Origin: a virus
Reading direction: 5' to 3' (one strand)
Length of the DNA: 64,000 bases
Virus record (IMG/VR): IMGVR_UViG_3300002026_002465
Coordinates: 64,001-128,000 of that record
Part shown: one piece after another, positions 46,200-55,727 of the stretch
How positions within the stretch are numbered: the first letter of the stretch is position 1
Layout of the letters: each line of letters opens with the position of its first letter
Translations under genes and position numbers: made by a program
The notes under the pieces: generated by a model
The model's input: only the letters and a program-made list of their open reading frames with translations
Database searches by the model: none
Told to the model about the DNA's origin: nothing

Positions 46200-46945
46200 T
46201 GATATTAATAGCAGGACCTTGTGTTCTAGAAAATAAAGATATGCTTGATAAAGTTGCATCTTATTTAGTAGAGTTTAAAAAAGATAGTGATTTTTATCTT
46301 AAGGCATCATGTGTTAAAGATAATAGAACAAAGACCAATAATTTTAGTGGTCTTGGTTTTGAAAAGTGTTTAGATATATTTATTGAGATAAAAAATAAAT
46401 ATGGAGTGAAAATAACAACTGACTTCCATAATGAAGAGCAGTTAGAAAATTATGGTATGTATTTTGATCTTATTCAAATACCGGCATTCTTGGCAAGACA
46501 ACAATCTCTATTAAAAAAGGCTGTTGAATTGAATTTGCCTATCCATGTCAAAAAATCTCAATTTACATCACCATATAATACTATAGATATTGTAAGCATA
46601 TTAAAAGATTTTGGGCACTCTGAAGAAATAATGATAACTGATAGAGGAACTCAGTTTGGTTATGATAGAGTTATTATGGATCCACGTCACATTGCTTGGA
46701 TGCAAAATGATGGAGCTAAAACATTAGTTGATATAACCCATCCTAATAAACTCCTTGGGGAACCTTTAAAGTTAGCTAAAATATTAGCTGAATCTTATAT
46801 GATGGCAGGAGTAAATGGTGTATTTTTAGAAACACATCCAAACCCTGCAGAGGCTCTTTGTGATGCTGATACTCAAATTAATATAGATGATTCTGTTGTT
46901 CTAATAAGGAAATTATTAAAACTAGAAAAGTATATAAAGGAATAA
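46199..46945 (+). CDS. kdsA: 3-deoxy-D-manno-octulosonate 8-phosphate (KDO8P) synthase
   Basis: IAGPCVLE, YLKAS..K.NRT, TTDFH, QIPAFLARQ, VKKSQF, TDRGTQFGY, D.THP, GVFLETHPNP..ALCD. Confidence 0.92.
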   Translation: MILIAGPCVLENKDMLDKVASYLVEFKKDSDFYLKASCVKDNRTKTNNFSGLGFEKCLDIFIEIKNKYGVKITTDFHNEEQLENYGMYFDLIQIPAFLARQQSLLKKAVELNLPIHVKKSQFTSPYNTIDIVSILKDFGHSEEIMITDRGTQFGYDRVIMDPRHIAWMQNDGAKTLVDITHPNKLLGEPLKLAKILAESYMMAGVNGVFLETHPNPAEALCDADTQINIDDSVVLIRKLLKLEKYIKE

Positions 46946-47680
46946 TTGATAAATAACTCAGTTGGTATAATACCTGCAAGATTGGATAGTACAAGATTTC
47001 CTAATAAATTATTCTCAAAACTAGACAACATTCCTATATTACAAAGAGTTATAGAGAATATATTAAGTGCTAATGTTGTAGATAAATTAATAATTGCTAC
47101 AGATAGTAAGCGAGTTATTGATTTCTGTAAATCATTTAATGTTGAATGTTTTTATATGGAGGATATGGTTAGTTGTGGGAGTGAAAGAGCATATTATGTT
47201 TATCAAAAGTATCCAAACTATGATCAATACATAACATTCCCTGCAGATGAACCCCTTATCAACCCTGATGAAACAAAAAAATTGTTTAAAGATTATGAAG
47301 TTAAAGCTCCTGTGACAACATGTTATTCAGACTTTCACTCAATGGATAGACTCCTTGATCCTAAATCTTGTAAAATTGTTTCTAATAAAGCCAACCAAGT
47401 ATTGTATTTTTCACGCTCTCCAATACCATGGTCAAAGACTGGATTATTAGATATAAAAGAGTATAAGAAACATGTTGGTGTGTTTATATTTGAAAATGAA
47501 TTTTTTACTAAATATAAAGATCAGTGGAAGAGTGACTTGGCAGATAAAGAAGGATTAGAACAAATTGCTTTTATAGATAATAATATACAAGTTAATCTAA
47601 TGAAAATAGAGCATAAATATTATGGAATAGATTCTCCAGAAGATATAATAAAAATAGAAGAATTAATGAGGCAAAAATGA
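46946..47680 (+). CDS. kdsB: CMP-KDO synthetase (3-deoxy-manno-octulosonate cytidylyltransferase)
   Basis: IIPARLDSTRFPNK, ATD, CGSER, DEPLI, LYFSRSPIP, HVGVF, EGLEQ. Confidence 0.92.
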   Translation: MINNSVGIIPARLDSTRFPNKLFSKLDNIPILQRVIENILSANVVDKLIIATDSKRVIDFCKSFNVECFYMEDMVSCGSERAYYVYQKYPNYDQYITFPADEPLINPDETKKLFKDYEVKAPVTTCYSDFHSMDRLLDPKSCKIVSNKANQVLYFSRSPIPWSKTGLLDIKEYKKHVGVFIFENEFFTKYKDQWKSDLADKEGLEQIAFIDNNIQVNLMKIEHKYYGIDSPEDIIKIEELMRQK

Positions 47681-48270
47681 AATATTTATTAGATTCAGTT
47701 AAACGAGAAGATATAGCAAAATGGAATAGCACTGTTGATGGAGTAACATCAAACCCTATTTTATTAAAAGAACAAAAAATGACCAATCTAGAGTTTTTAA
47801 AATCTATGACTGGATATAGCATGTCTGATAAAAAAATATTTATTCAGATAACAGATATTGAAGAGGCATTTTATTTAAAAAATGAATCTCCTTTAAATAT
47901 TATTTTTAAAGTTACAATGCATCCTAAATATTATCCATTAATAAAAAAATTAAAAGACAATGGGTATCAAGTGGCGGCAACTACAATGTATGATATTGTT
48001 CAAATTAATCAAGCAATAGAGTTTGGGTGTGATTATACAATGGTTTATTTTCACAAGAATACAAATAAATTGTTATTTGAACAAGCTTATAAACTAAAAC
48101 AAATTACAGGTTCAAAAATAAAACTTGTTGGAGCTTCATTTAGGAATAAACAAGAGGTTGAGAAGGCTATATTAAATGGTATGGATTATAGTACAGTAAG
48201 ACCAGAACATTTAGAAGTTGCATTTAAAAATGAACAACTAGAGTCAGATTTAAGCGTTTTATACGCATAA
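47677..48270 (+). CDS. transaldolase / fructose-6-phosphate aldolase family protein
   Basis: LLDS, GVTSNPILL, FKVT (Schiff-base Lys position), AATTMYD..Q...A...G.DY...Y, KLVGASFRN. Confidence 0.85.
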   Translation: MKYLLDSVKREDIAKWNSTVDGVTSNPILLKEQKMTNLEFLKSMTGYSMSDKKIFIQITDIEEAFYLKNESPLNIIFKVTMHPKYYPLIKKLKDNGYQVAATTMYDIVQINQAIEFGCDYTMVYFHKNTNKLLFEQAYKLKQITGSKIKLVGASFRNKQEVEKAILNGMDYSTVRPEHLEVAFKNEQLESDLSVLYA

Positions 48271-48297
48271 ATTGATTTTATCATAAAGATAAGATAT

Positions 48298-48660
48298 ATG
48301 GCAAAAGGAATTGGATTTTACGATAAGAAATTTTTATTAATAAAAAAAGACAAAGAATTGGTTGCTGAGTCTATAACGAGGATTATAATGACAAATCCTG
48401 GTGAAAGAGTTGGCCAACCATTTTTTGGTGTAGGGTTAAGAAATGTTTTATTTGATCAGGTTGATGCAACAACAAAATCTAATTTAAAAAAGACTATTAT
48501 TGATCAATGTTCAACATATGAACCAAGAGCTGACATAACAGATGTTACTTTTGAAGAATTAACTGATAACAACACTATTATTGTTAAATTAAGTTTTCTT
48601 ATGGATGGAGATACTCCTAAAAATGTAAATATTTTAACATATAATTTTAGCTTACAATAG
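48298..48660 (+). CDS. baseplate wedge protein gp25/GPW-like
   Basis: SITRIIMTNPGERVGQPFFGVGLRNVLFD...YEPRA is the gp25 family signature. Confidence 0.92.
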   Translation: MAKGIGFYDKKFLLIKKDKELVAESITRIIMTNPGERVGQPFFGVGLRNVLFDQVDATTKSNLKKTIIDQCSTYEPRADITDVTFEELTDNNTIIVKLSFLMDGDTPKNVNILTYNFSLQ

Positions 48661-48693
48661 ATGGAAAAATATATTTTGATTAAGAGGTAAATA

Positions 48694-50967
48694 ATGGATA
48701 AATTAATCCGTCTTCCACGTTTTTCATATACTTCATTAGACTTTGATACAATAATAGAAGATATAAAGGCTTTAATAAAAGAACACCCAGAGTATAACCA
48801 AGAATGGGATGACTTTCTTGAATCTAATGCTGGCAAAATGACTGTTGAGTTAGTTTCATTCATTATGCAAAAGTTTGCAGAAAGAGCTGATTGGATTGCT
48901 AGAGAATTGTTTATATCAACAGCAACACAAAGACAATCAGTAATTAATTTATTAAAGTTAATTAATTATAGACCAGCCCTTCCTAAAGCTGCAAAAGCAA
49001 ATGTTACAATGAAACTCACCCAGTGGGTTCCATCTTTTTATCTTCCTATAAGAGATTCAATTCAAGCAACAGATATAAATGGGAGCACAATTAATTTTGA
49101 ATGTATAGAACTTGATGATGATGGAAAACCAAATTATAATTATGAACACTTTATTAATAGTGGAACTGTTGATGCCCAAATTAAAGAAATAAATAACATA
49201 CCCTATTATCAAGGAAGAACTCATGTTGATCAGGAAATATATTTAGATGGTATAGATAATGAAAAATATATTTTATCAAATTATCCTGTTATAGAAAATA
49301 CTGTTAGAGTTTATTCAGCAACAACTGGAAAAGAGCATATACAAGTAAATTCATTCGTATCACCAGAAGCACAACAACCAGACGTTGCAGCGGATGTTGA
49401 TAAAATTCCACCATATATGATTGAAATAGACGCTGATAATAGAATGACAATAAAATGGGGATCATCACAAATTGTTAAAACACCTGGTAAGGGTGAGAAA
49501 ATTACTATTTATTATAGAGTTGGTGGAGGGGCTAATACAAATATTGTTGCAAAAGGTATATCAACAACAAAAACATATTCTTCTGGTGATAAAAGAATAA
49601 CGATTATAATAACAAACCCAAAATCTGCAGCCGGTGGAGCAAATGGAGATGATATTGATGAAGAAAAATTAATAGCTCCAATTAGATTGAGATCAGCCGA
49701 AAAAACTGTAACAGAAGAAGATTATATAACACACCTTGAAGATGATGCAAATATTATGCATGTTATTCCCATTGGAGCTGAAAATGAACCTGCTCAATTA
49801 AAAATTGATTATGGACATGCTCTCCCTCCTCTTGATACATGGCTTTATATTATACCAAATAGAGAAGATTGGACAAATTATAACCCATATGAATATAATT
49901 CATTATTTGAAATATCAAGACCTTATGATGTATGGCAAGAAAGTGATTATGAAGATATATTCTTTGATTCAACAATACAAACCGTATTTCTTAAAAAACT
50001 AAAAAAATATTATGGACATAAACTCTATATTACATTATATGAAAACACAGTTGAAGGATCATGGTGGCTTACATCTCCATCATTTATTCAAGATGTTGAT
50101 TATACTTTAAATAAAGATAGTTGTGAAATAACTCGTATTACAACAGTTGAAGGTGGAACTATACCATCTTCAACTAGAACATTAAGAGTTAGATATATAA
50201 AACAAGATGTTACAAAATTTAAAGAAAAAACTGTCAAGACATTTGATATTAATAATAAAATATATCTTGGTCTCTTTAATAACAAGCTTTTCCCATCAAA
50301 TGAAATAAAAATTTATAATAATAAAATGACTGTTCAATATAAAGAAGATGTTGATTATAAGATTTATTGGACAAGTGGAATTATTGAATTAATTGTTGAT
50401 AAGGCAATATTACCAGGACAAGCTGTTATTGTTTATTATACAGATAATTATGATGAAGAAGATAAATCATCTGAGGAATATAATCTTTTAAGTATAATAA
50501 AAAACAAAAAAATGATTTGTGTTGATAACTATGTTAAAGAATCTTTTATTACTCCATTTGACATTTCAGGAACAGTTTATTGTTATAAAAACATGAGATC
50601 AAATGTTACACAAAATCTTGAAAGTTATTTATTAGATAAATATAGTTTATTAAATGCAAGTTTTAATAAACCTATATTAATTCCAGATATTATTACAGAT
50701 ATAATGAATTTTAGTGGTGTTAGATTTTTTCAACCTGATTATGTTGGTGAAAATTATCATTTATATAAAAAATATATAAGTGATGAAATCACATTTGAAG
50801 AATTAGATACCTTGGGTGCAAAGAATTATTTTAAAGAAGAGAATCAACAAATACCAGCAAATTATAGAACTCTATATGTTTTATCAAATAATGAATATGA
50901 TGGAGATGAAACAATAGAAAATAGAATTCATGGTTTAATCTTAAAAATTAAGGATTCTAATATATAA
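48694..50967 (+). CDS. baseplate wedge protein gp6 / baseplate J-like
   Basis: YTSLDFDTII..IK..I...W.DF.ES..G, E.FI.TA..R.SV, YRVGGG..TN, A.GG...D..EE...AP...R...K.VT.EDY. Confidence 0.88.
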   Translation: MDKLIRLPRFSYTSLDFDTIIEDIKALIKEHPEYNQEWDDFLESNAGKMTVELVSFIMQKFAERADWIARELFISTATQRQSVINLLKLINYRPALPKAAKANVTMKLTQWVPSFYLPIRDSIQATDINGSTINFECIELDDDGKPNYNYEHFINSGTVDAQIKEINNIPYYQGRTHVDQEIYLDGIDNEKYILSNYPVIENTVRVYSATTGKEHIQVNSFVSPEAQQPDVAADVDKIPPYMIEIDADNRMTIKWGSSQIVKTPGKGEKITIYYRVGGGANTNIVAKGISTTKTYSSGDKRITIIITNPKSAAGGANGDDIDEEKLIAPIRLRSAEKTVTEEDYITHLEDDANIMHVIPIGAENEPAQLKIDYGHALPPLDTWLYIIPNREDWTNYNPYEYNSLFEISRPYDVWQESDYEDIFFDSTIQTVFLKKLKKYYGHKLYITLYENTVEGSWWLTSPSFIQDVDYTLNKDSCEITRITTVEGGTIPSSTRTLRVRYIKQDVTKFKEKTVKTFDINNKIYLGLFNNKLFPSNEIKIYNNKMTVQYKEDVDYKIYWTSGIIELIVDKAILPGQAVIVYYTDNYDEEDKSSEEYNLLSIIKNKKMICVDNYVKESFITPFDISGTVYCYKNMRSNVTQNLESYLLDKYSLLNASFNKPILIPDIITDIMNFSGVRFFQPDYVGENYHLYKKYISDEITFEELDTLGAKNYFKEENQQIPANYRTLYVLSNNEYDGDETIENRIHGLILKIKDSNI

Positions 50968-53723
50968 TGGGAAAAAGAACTTATTTTGATACGCCAGTAA
51001 AAATTTATACACTCTTGACAGAACATCCTATTATGAGTAATTTATTATCAGAATTTAATATTGATAGTGATAATGTTAAGAAAGTTGTTATAACACTTTT
51101 TTCTCTTGATAATGAAATTACATCTACTCCATTAAATAATCTTTATTTTTATTCTGATATAATAGAAGCAATTGCTACTGATTATGGTTTTGATGCTCCT
51201 TATGATGATCAAGTATCTGCTAGTGGAACAAAATTATATGAGTTATTAAATTTTACTCTTTATTTATATAAATTTGGAACAGTTGATAATTTTTATGAAC
51301 AAAATATATTAGATTTTTTACCAGAATATGATAGAGATTATATTAAAAGTGAACCAAAATTAAAACTCTTGTATGAATCAATTGGAAGAAAGCTTGATTC
51401 AATAGAACTTTCATTATCTAAGATGAAGGATATTTATGATATTGATGATGTTCCTGAACAACTATTAGATTATTTAGGACAAAATATTGGATATGAAAAA
51501 GAAGATTACACCCTCCAAAATGTTTCATTTAGAGAGTTATTAAAAAATATAATTGAAATTTATAAAATAAAGGGAACTAATTATTCATTCTCTTTCTTTT
51601 TCAAATTTCTTGGTTTTGAAATAGCATTAAAAGAATTCTTTTTTAATCATGATGTTTCAAATCCTGAAGGTTTTCCAGGAATAGAATCTAATAAAGTTGA
51701 ATATTATTTAACTACAATTAATCCTATAAAAGATATAACAAATAATAAACCAGCAAAATTTTTAAATAAAATAAAAAACATTAATGACTGGGATATTGAA
51801 ATGAAAAGCCTTGAAGAAAAAGGTTGTATAAATTCTACAAAATATATGCTTGGATTTGAACCTTTTAATAATAGTAAAGATAATCCAAAATGGCACTCAA
51901 ATCCATGGACTTATTTTAAAACAAATCTTATTGAATATAATTTATCACAACTATCATCAAATTTAAATCTTACAGCAAGTGATAATGATACTATTAGAAA
52001 GTATGTAAAGTTTTTATCTCCAACTTATTTATTTACTTGGATAAATGTAAATCTATCTCCATGGATTGAACAAATTAATATTATTGTTGATTCTACAAAA
52101 GATTGGAATATATCAATAACTAATAACCTTGGTGATGTTAGACCAACACCGTCACCATGGCCTTTTGGTTTAACTAAAAAAACAAATCAAGATCCTGGAT
52201 TTAATGGTTTTAATAATGATGGAAAGTATTATGATCATGAACCATTAAATGAAATATTAAAAGTATATAAACCTGGAGGAGAAACACTTACATTTAGTGT
52301 TAGTAATAATTTAAATCTTGGTGGTGTTGATTCAATTGGAACAACATTAAAAAGAAATGGTGTTTATGTTAGACAACCAGGAAACCCAAAATATATATCA
52401 AATATAACTCATAAGGGTGATAGAAAAATATCCTTTGACTTTATGGGAATACAAGTAAAAGATTATATTAATATGAATAACCTTGTAACAGTAAATTATT
52501 ATTCAGAATTGCCACAAAGTATTATTGATGATTCTGTTTATTTTGTAACATTTAATCAAGGTAATTATCTTTCTGGTTATTATAGGTTTAATTCTTTAAC
52601 AGGATGGGTTTATATTGAAACAGAAGACTATTCATATAGATCTTATCCATCTACACCCGTAAAATCATTTCCAAATGATAATCAAATAATCTCAAATGGT
52701 AATTATTTACAACTATCATGGGAAGAAATTAAAGGTGCAGAACAATATTGGATTCAAGTTTCAAAAGATTCAAAATTTAATAACTTAATAATAAATGATA
52801 AAACACTGACAACAAATTTTTTTACAAGTAATTATTTATTAAGTAACAATAGATATTATTGGAAAATAAAAGTAAAAAACTCTGCTACTTTTCCAAATCT
52901 TCCTAAACAAAATATATTAAATTATCCAACTTTTGAACAAATAAACCCAGATAATTTTATTTGGACTCCATGGTCTAATAACTGGAAATTCACATTAAAA
53001 AGTCTTCCATTTCCTTATAATAATGAAATTATAAATGAAGAAACATTATTCGTTAAAATAGATAATGATTTAACAACTTTTAATATTTCTTGGCCAAACA
53101 TTCCTGGAGCATCTAAATATAAGATCCAAGTATTAGAAAGCAAACCATTTGTTTGGATAAAAAAGGATCTTGAATGGGTTCAATCTTTTTCAAACTTAAT
53201 GGAAAAAGAAATAGATGATGTTTGTTACGTTAAAGATGAACAAAAATCTTATAAATATACAAGCACCCAAAAAGACTGGGTTATTGTTGAAAAACCAGAA
53301 TCTTTTAGTGTAATAGATCATTTTATAGATTTACCAAAAACTGAACAAAGACTTGGTGATTCTTGGCTTGTTATAGATAATGGTCAATATTATACTTGGA
53401 CCTCTATTCAAAATGTATGGCAAGAATATACTCCTTTATATAATATGATTGGAAATGTCAAAGATAATAATACTCTCTATCAAATAAATACTAGTCTTTA
53501 TTCTGTTTGCTTTTTATTAGCAGAAAATGAATTTTATGAATATGTTCCAATAGAAAATACTTCTCAATATATTTCATCAGTATATGACACAATTGTTAAA
53601 GATAATTCTTTAAGTGTATCATTAAAAAATGGAACATATTATTGGAGATATAGTAAATATAATTCTATAAATGATATAATGGTTTGGAGTGATATTTATA
53701 GTTTTACAATTAATTTTGCATAG
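50967..53723 (+). CDS. baseplate wedge protein gp7 / P2 tail protein I-like with Fn3-like repeats
   Basis: DIDDVPEQLLDYLGQNIGY...RELLKNIIEIYKIKGT..SFSFFFKFLG; later LSWEEIKGAEQYWIQVS...YYWKIKV Fn3-like units; follows the gp6-like gene. Confidence 0.75.
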   Translation: MGKRTYFDTPVKIYTLLTEHPIMSNLLSEFNIDSDNVKKVVITLFSLDNEITSTPLNNLYFYSDIIEAIATDYGFDAPYDDQVSASGTKLYELLNFTLYLYKFGTVDNFYEQNILDFLPEYDRDYIKSEPKLKLLYESIGRKLDSIELSLSKMKDIYDIDDVPEQLLDYLGQNIGYEKEDYTLQNVSFRELLKNIIEIYKIKGTNYSFSFFFKFLGFEIALKEFFFNHDVSNPEGFPGIESNKVEYYLTTINPIKDITNNKPAKFLNKIKNINDWDIEMKSLEEKGCINSTKYMLGFEPFNNSKDNPKWHSNPWTYFKTNLIEYNLSQLSSNLNLTASDNDTIRKYVKFLSPTYLFTWINVNLSPWIEQINIIVDSTKDWNISITNNLGDVRPTPSPWPFGLTKKTNQDPGFNGFNNDGKYYDHEPLNEILKVYKPGGETLTFSVSNNLNLGGVDSIGTTLKRNGVYVRQPGNPKYISNITHKGDRKISFDFMGIQVKDYINMNNLVTVNYYSELPQSIIDDSVYFVTFNQGNYLSGYYRFNSLTGWVYIETEDYSYRSYPSTPVKSFPNDNQIISNGNYLQLSWEEIKGAEQYWIQVSKDSKFNNLIINDKTLTTNFFTSNYLLSNNRYYWKIKVKNSATFPNLPKQNILNYPTFEQINPDNFIWTPWSNNWKFTLKSLPFPYNNEIINEETLFVKIDNDLTTFNISWPNIPGASKYKIQVLESKPFVWIKKDLEWVQSFSNLMEKEIDDVCYVKDEQKSYKYTSTQKDWVIVEKPESFSVIDHFIDLPKTEQRLGDSWLVIDNGQYYTWTSIQNVWQEYTPLYNMIGNVKDNNTLYQINTSLYSVCFLLAENEFYEYVPIENTSQYISSVYDTIVKDNSLSVSLKNGTYYWRYSKYNSINDIMVWSDIYSFTINFA

Positions 53724-53742
53724 TTTAATAAGGAGATTTAAA

Positions 53743-54549
53743 ATGAATTGGTTAGAAAATATTAAAATGCCTAAAGGATATCTTGAGATAATTATAACTG
53801 ATCACAAAACAGGTGAAATTCTTCGCCATGATGAAGATCATAATCAGATACAAGACTGGACAAGACATGCTCTAACATATTTACAATCTGGTAGATTGTT
53901 TTCTACATGGGGAAATCATGGTGAAACATTTATAGATACAGGTCTTAGTTTAAGTTATGATCACATCTCACATTTTAAAGATAGTACTGATGGAACTGGT
54001 CTTGGAGAAAGAGAAGTTTCTTCACCATGGACATATACAGATTCAATGGCAGGTCTTATTCAAATAAGAACACAAGAATTAGGTGATTTAACAGGAGCAA
54101 CAACAACAATTGGATCTGCTCTTTATCCTTTCTTTCCAACAAAAATGAGATTTGGAATTGGAGGACTTGATGCTGATCAAAATCCAAAAACTGGTATTTC
54201 AACATCAGCAACAAACTTACAAAATGTTTTAGATGTTTTTCCATTCGTTACAATAGATAGAACACGTGCAGTAAATGCTCAACATATTACTCTTGCAGAA
54301 GGTGATATTGGAGTTGTAAATAAAGTTACATTTTCTGTAAAATTACCAGGAGGGGGAGCTAATTTCCCTTATGATAATTATGTTATATCAGAAGCAGGAT
54401 TGTTTTGTGATGCAGCATTAAAAGTAATTAAAAATGGAAATACTGATAATAATATGAGAACAGGTATTATGCTTGCTTATAGAACATTCTATGGTATAAC
54501 TAAGAATCCATCAATTGATTGCACATTTAATTGGACCCTACAATTTTAG
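53743..54549 (+). CDS. baseplate/tail-collar fibre-attachment protein
   Basis: AAGGAG SD before ATG 53743; GYLEIII.D..TG.I.R..E.HN, KMRFGIGG, VTFSVKL, ISEAGLF, MLAYRTF..ITKN.SI...FNWTL.F. Confidence 0.7.
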   Translation: MNWLENIKMPKGYLEIIITDHKTGEILRHDEDHNQIQDWTRHALTYLQSGRLFSTWGNHGETFIDTGLSLSYDHISHFKDSTDGTGLGEREVSSPWTYTDSMAGLIQIRTQELGDLTGATTTIGSALYPFFPTKMRFGIGGLDADQNPKTGISTSATNLQNVLDVFPFVTIDRTRAVNAQHITLAEGDIGVVNKVTFSVKLPGGGANFPYDNYVISEAGLFCDAALKVIKNGNTDNNMRTGIMLAYRTFYGITKNPSIDCTFNWTLQF

Positions 54550-54575
54550 GTAAAAACCTAAAAAGTAATATCTAC

Positions 54576-54605
54576 AAGCATACTCCTATGGAGTATGCTT
54601 TTTTT
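54576..54605 (+). terminator. rho-independent terminator
   Basis: AAGCATACTCC-TAT-GGAGTATGCTT followed by a T-tract, after the baseplate operon. Confidence 0.9.
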
Positions 54606-54676
54606 ATGTAATAATGGATTATTATGTGTTATATAACAAAGATATCATATGCAAAATCATTATTATCAGTGGATGA

Positions 54677-55135
54677 TTGTCACTTTTTACTTATGGAATT
54701 GGGACTAATTACGATTCATGTTATATGGGCAAAGATTTTTTTGGAAAATATTTTCAATTTTTTTATGCTTATAGAACTAAATATTATTATGAAAAAAATA
54801 TTATATTAAGTGCTGATTGGATTGATTTTGATGGATTAAAATTTAATAAAATTAAAAATATAAAGGGTGATGTATATGATGAAAGAGGTAATGGAAAAAT
54901 TGCTGACAATTATTTAGTATATATTGAAGATAAATTTTATTTAATAAAAGGTGTTAGGTCAATATCATCCTCTTTTGGTGGCACATCAAAAGGCGTTTCA
55001 TATGACATATTAAGAGTTAAAACAAAGGAATTAGATCCTGAAAACAATCTTGATTATATTACATTCAATATAAAAACTGTAGAAGGATTTAAAAGAAAAA
55101 TGACTCAATTAGATGTTGAGATATTTGAAATATAA
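54677..55135 (+). CDS. hypothetical protein (start uncertain)
   Basis: ORF track; no clear SD; closed by a terminator. Confidence 0.55.
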   Translation: MSLFTYGIGTNYDSCYMGKDFFGKYFQFFYAYRTKYYYEKNIILSADWIDFDGLKFNKIKNIKGDVYDERGNGKIADNYLVYIEDKFYLIKGVRSISSSFGGTSKGVSYDILRVKTKELDPENNLDYITFNIKTVEGFKRKMTQLDVEIFEI

Positions 55136-55164
55136 GGCACCTTTTTAACAAGGTGTCTTTTTTT
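55134..55164 (+). terminator. rho-independent terminator
   Basis: AAGGCACCTT-TTTAAC-AAGGTGTCTT plus T-tract (one G:U pair). Confidence 0.8.
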
Positions 55165-55179
55165 ATGCAAGATAATTAT

Positions 55180-55416
55180 ATGACAATATATAAGCATTTA
55201 TATGGAGACAGTAAAACAATAAGATATTATTTTATTGTTGGAGATGATTATTATGTTCAAAAATTGAATAATTTTTCCAAAACATATAAATCTTCATTTT
55301 TAGAAATAAAGGCTACAAGAAGTGATACTTATATAAGTGAATTTACAGATGTGACTATTGAAGATGTTCCTACTAAAGTTATAAAACTATTATTAGATTG
55401 TGTTTTTAATGATTAG
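55180..55416 (+). CDS. hypothetical protein (short-ORF family member)
   Basis: The track's GTG 55153 lies inside the terminator; ATG 55180 gives MTIYK..., preceded by AAGATA at 5 nt spacing. Confidence 0.6.
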   Translation: MTIYKHLYGDSKTIRYYFIVGDDYYVQKLNNFSKTYKSSFLEIKATRSDTYISEFTDVTIEDVPTKVIKLLLDCVFND

Positions 55417-55486
55417 CTGTTCATATTATGAACAGGCTGTTTTCTTGGTGAACTCTACTGTTCACCTGGTGAACGTATAAATATAG
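55417..55486. promoter_or_regulatory. nested inverted repeats / paired TGTTCA-N5-TGAAC palindromes upstream of the MshEN-like gene
   Basis: TGTTCAtattaTGAACA at 55418 and TGTTCAcctggTGAACG at 55459 (41 bp apart), an extra GGTGAAC at 55447, then TATAAATATAG at 55476. Confidence 0.55.
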
Positions 55487-55520
55487 TCTTATAAAAATAA
55501 GTACTACTAAGGAGGATATA

Positions 55521-55727
55521 ATGCCAAAAATTAGATTTGGAGAATACTTAGTTCAAAAACAAATAATTACCCAAGAACAGTTAAATAAAGCTTTACTTAT
55601 TCAAAAAGAAGATACTTTAGAAGGTTATCATAGAATGATAGGATTTGTTCTTTTAAATGAATATAAATTATTTTCAAAAGATGGTTTATATGATTTATTA
55701 AAGGAATGGGAAAATGGAAAAGATTGA
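55521..55727 (+). CDS. stand-alone MshEN-like (c-di-GMP-binding motif) protein
   Basis: RFGEYLVQKQIITQEQLNKALLIQ matches RLGxxLLxxGLVxxxxLxxxLxxQ except Gly to Gln; second half-motif RMIGFVLL...LS...L..LL; AAGGAGG SD. Confidence 0.7.
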   Translation: MPKIRFGEYLVQKQIITQEQLNKALLIQKEDTLEGYHRMIGFVLLNEYKLFSKDGLYDLLKEWENGKD

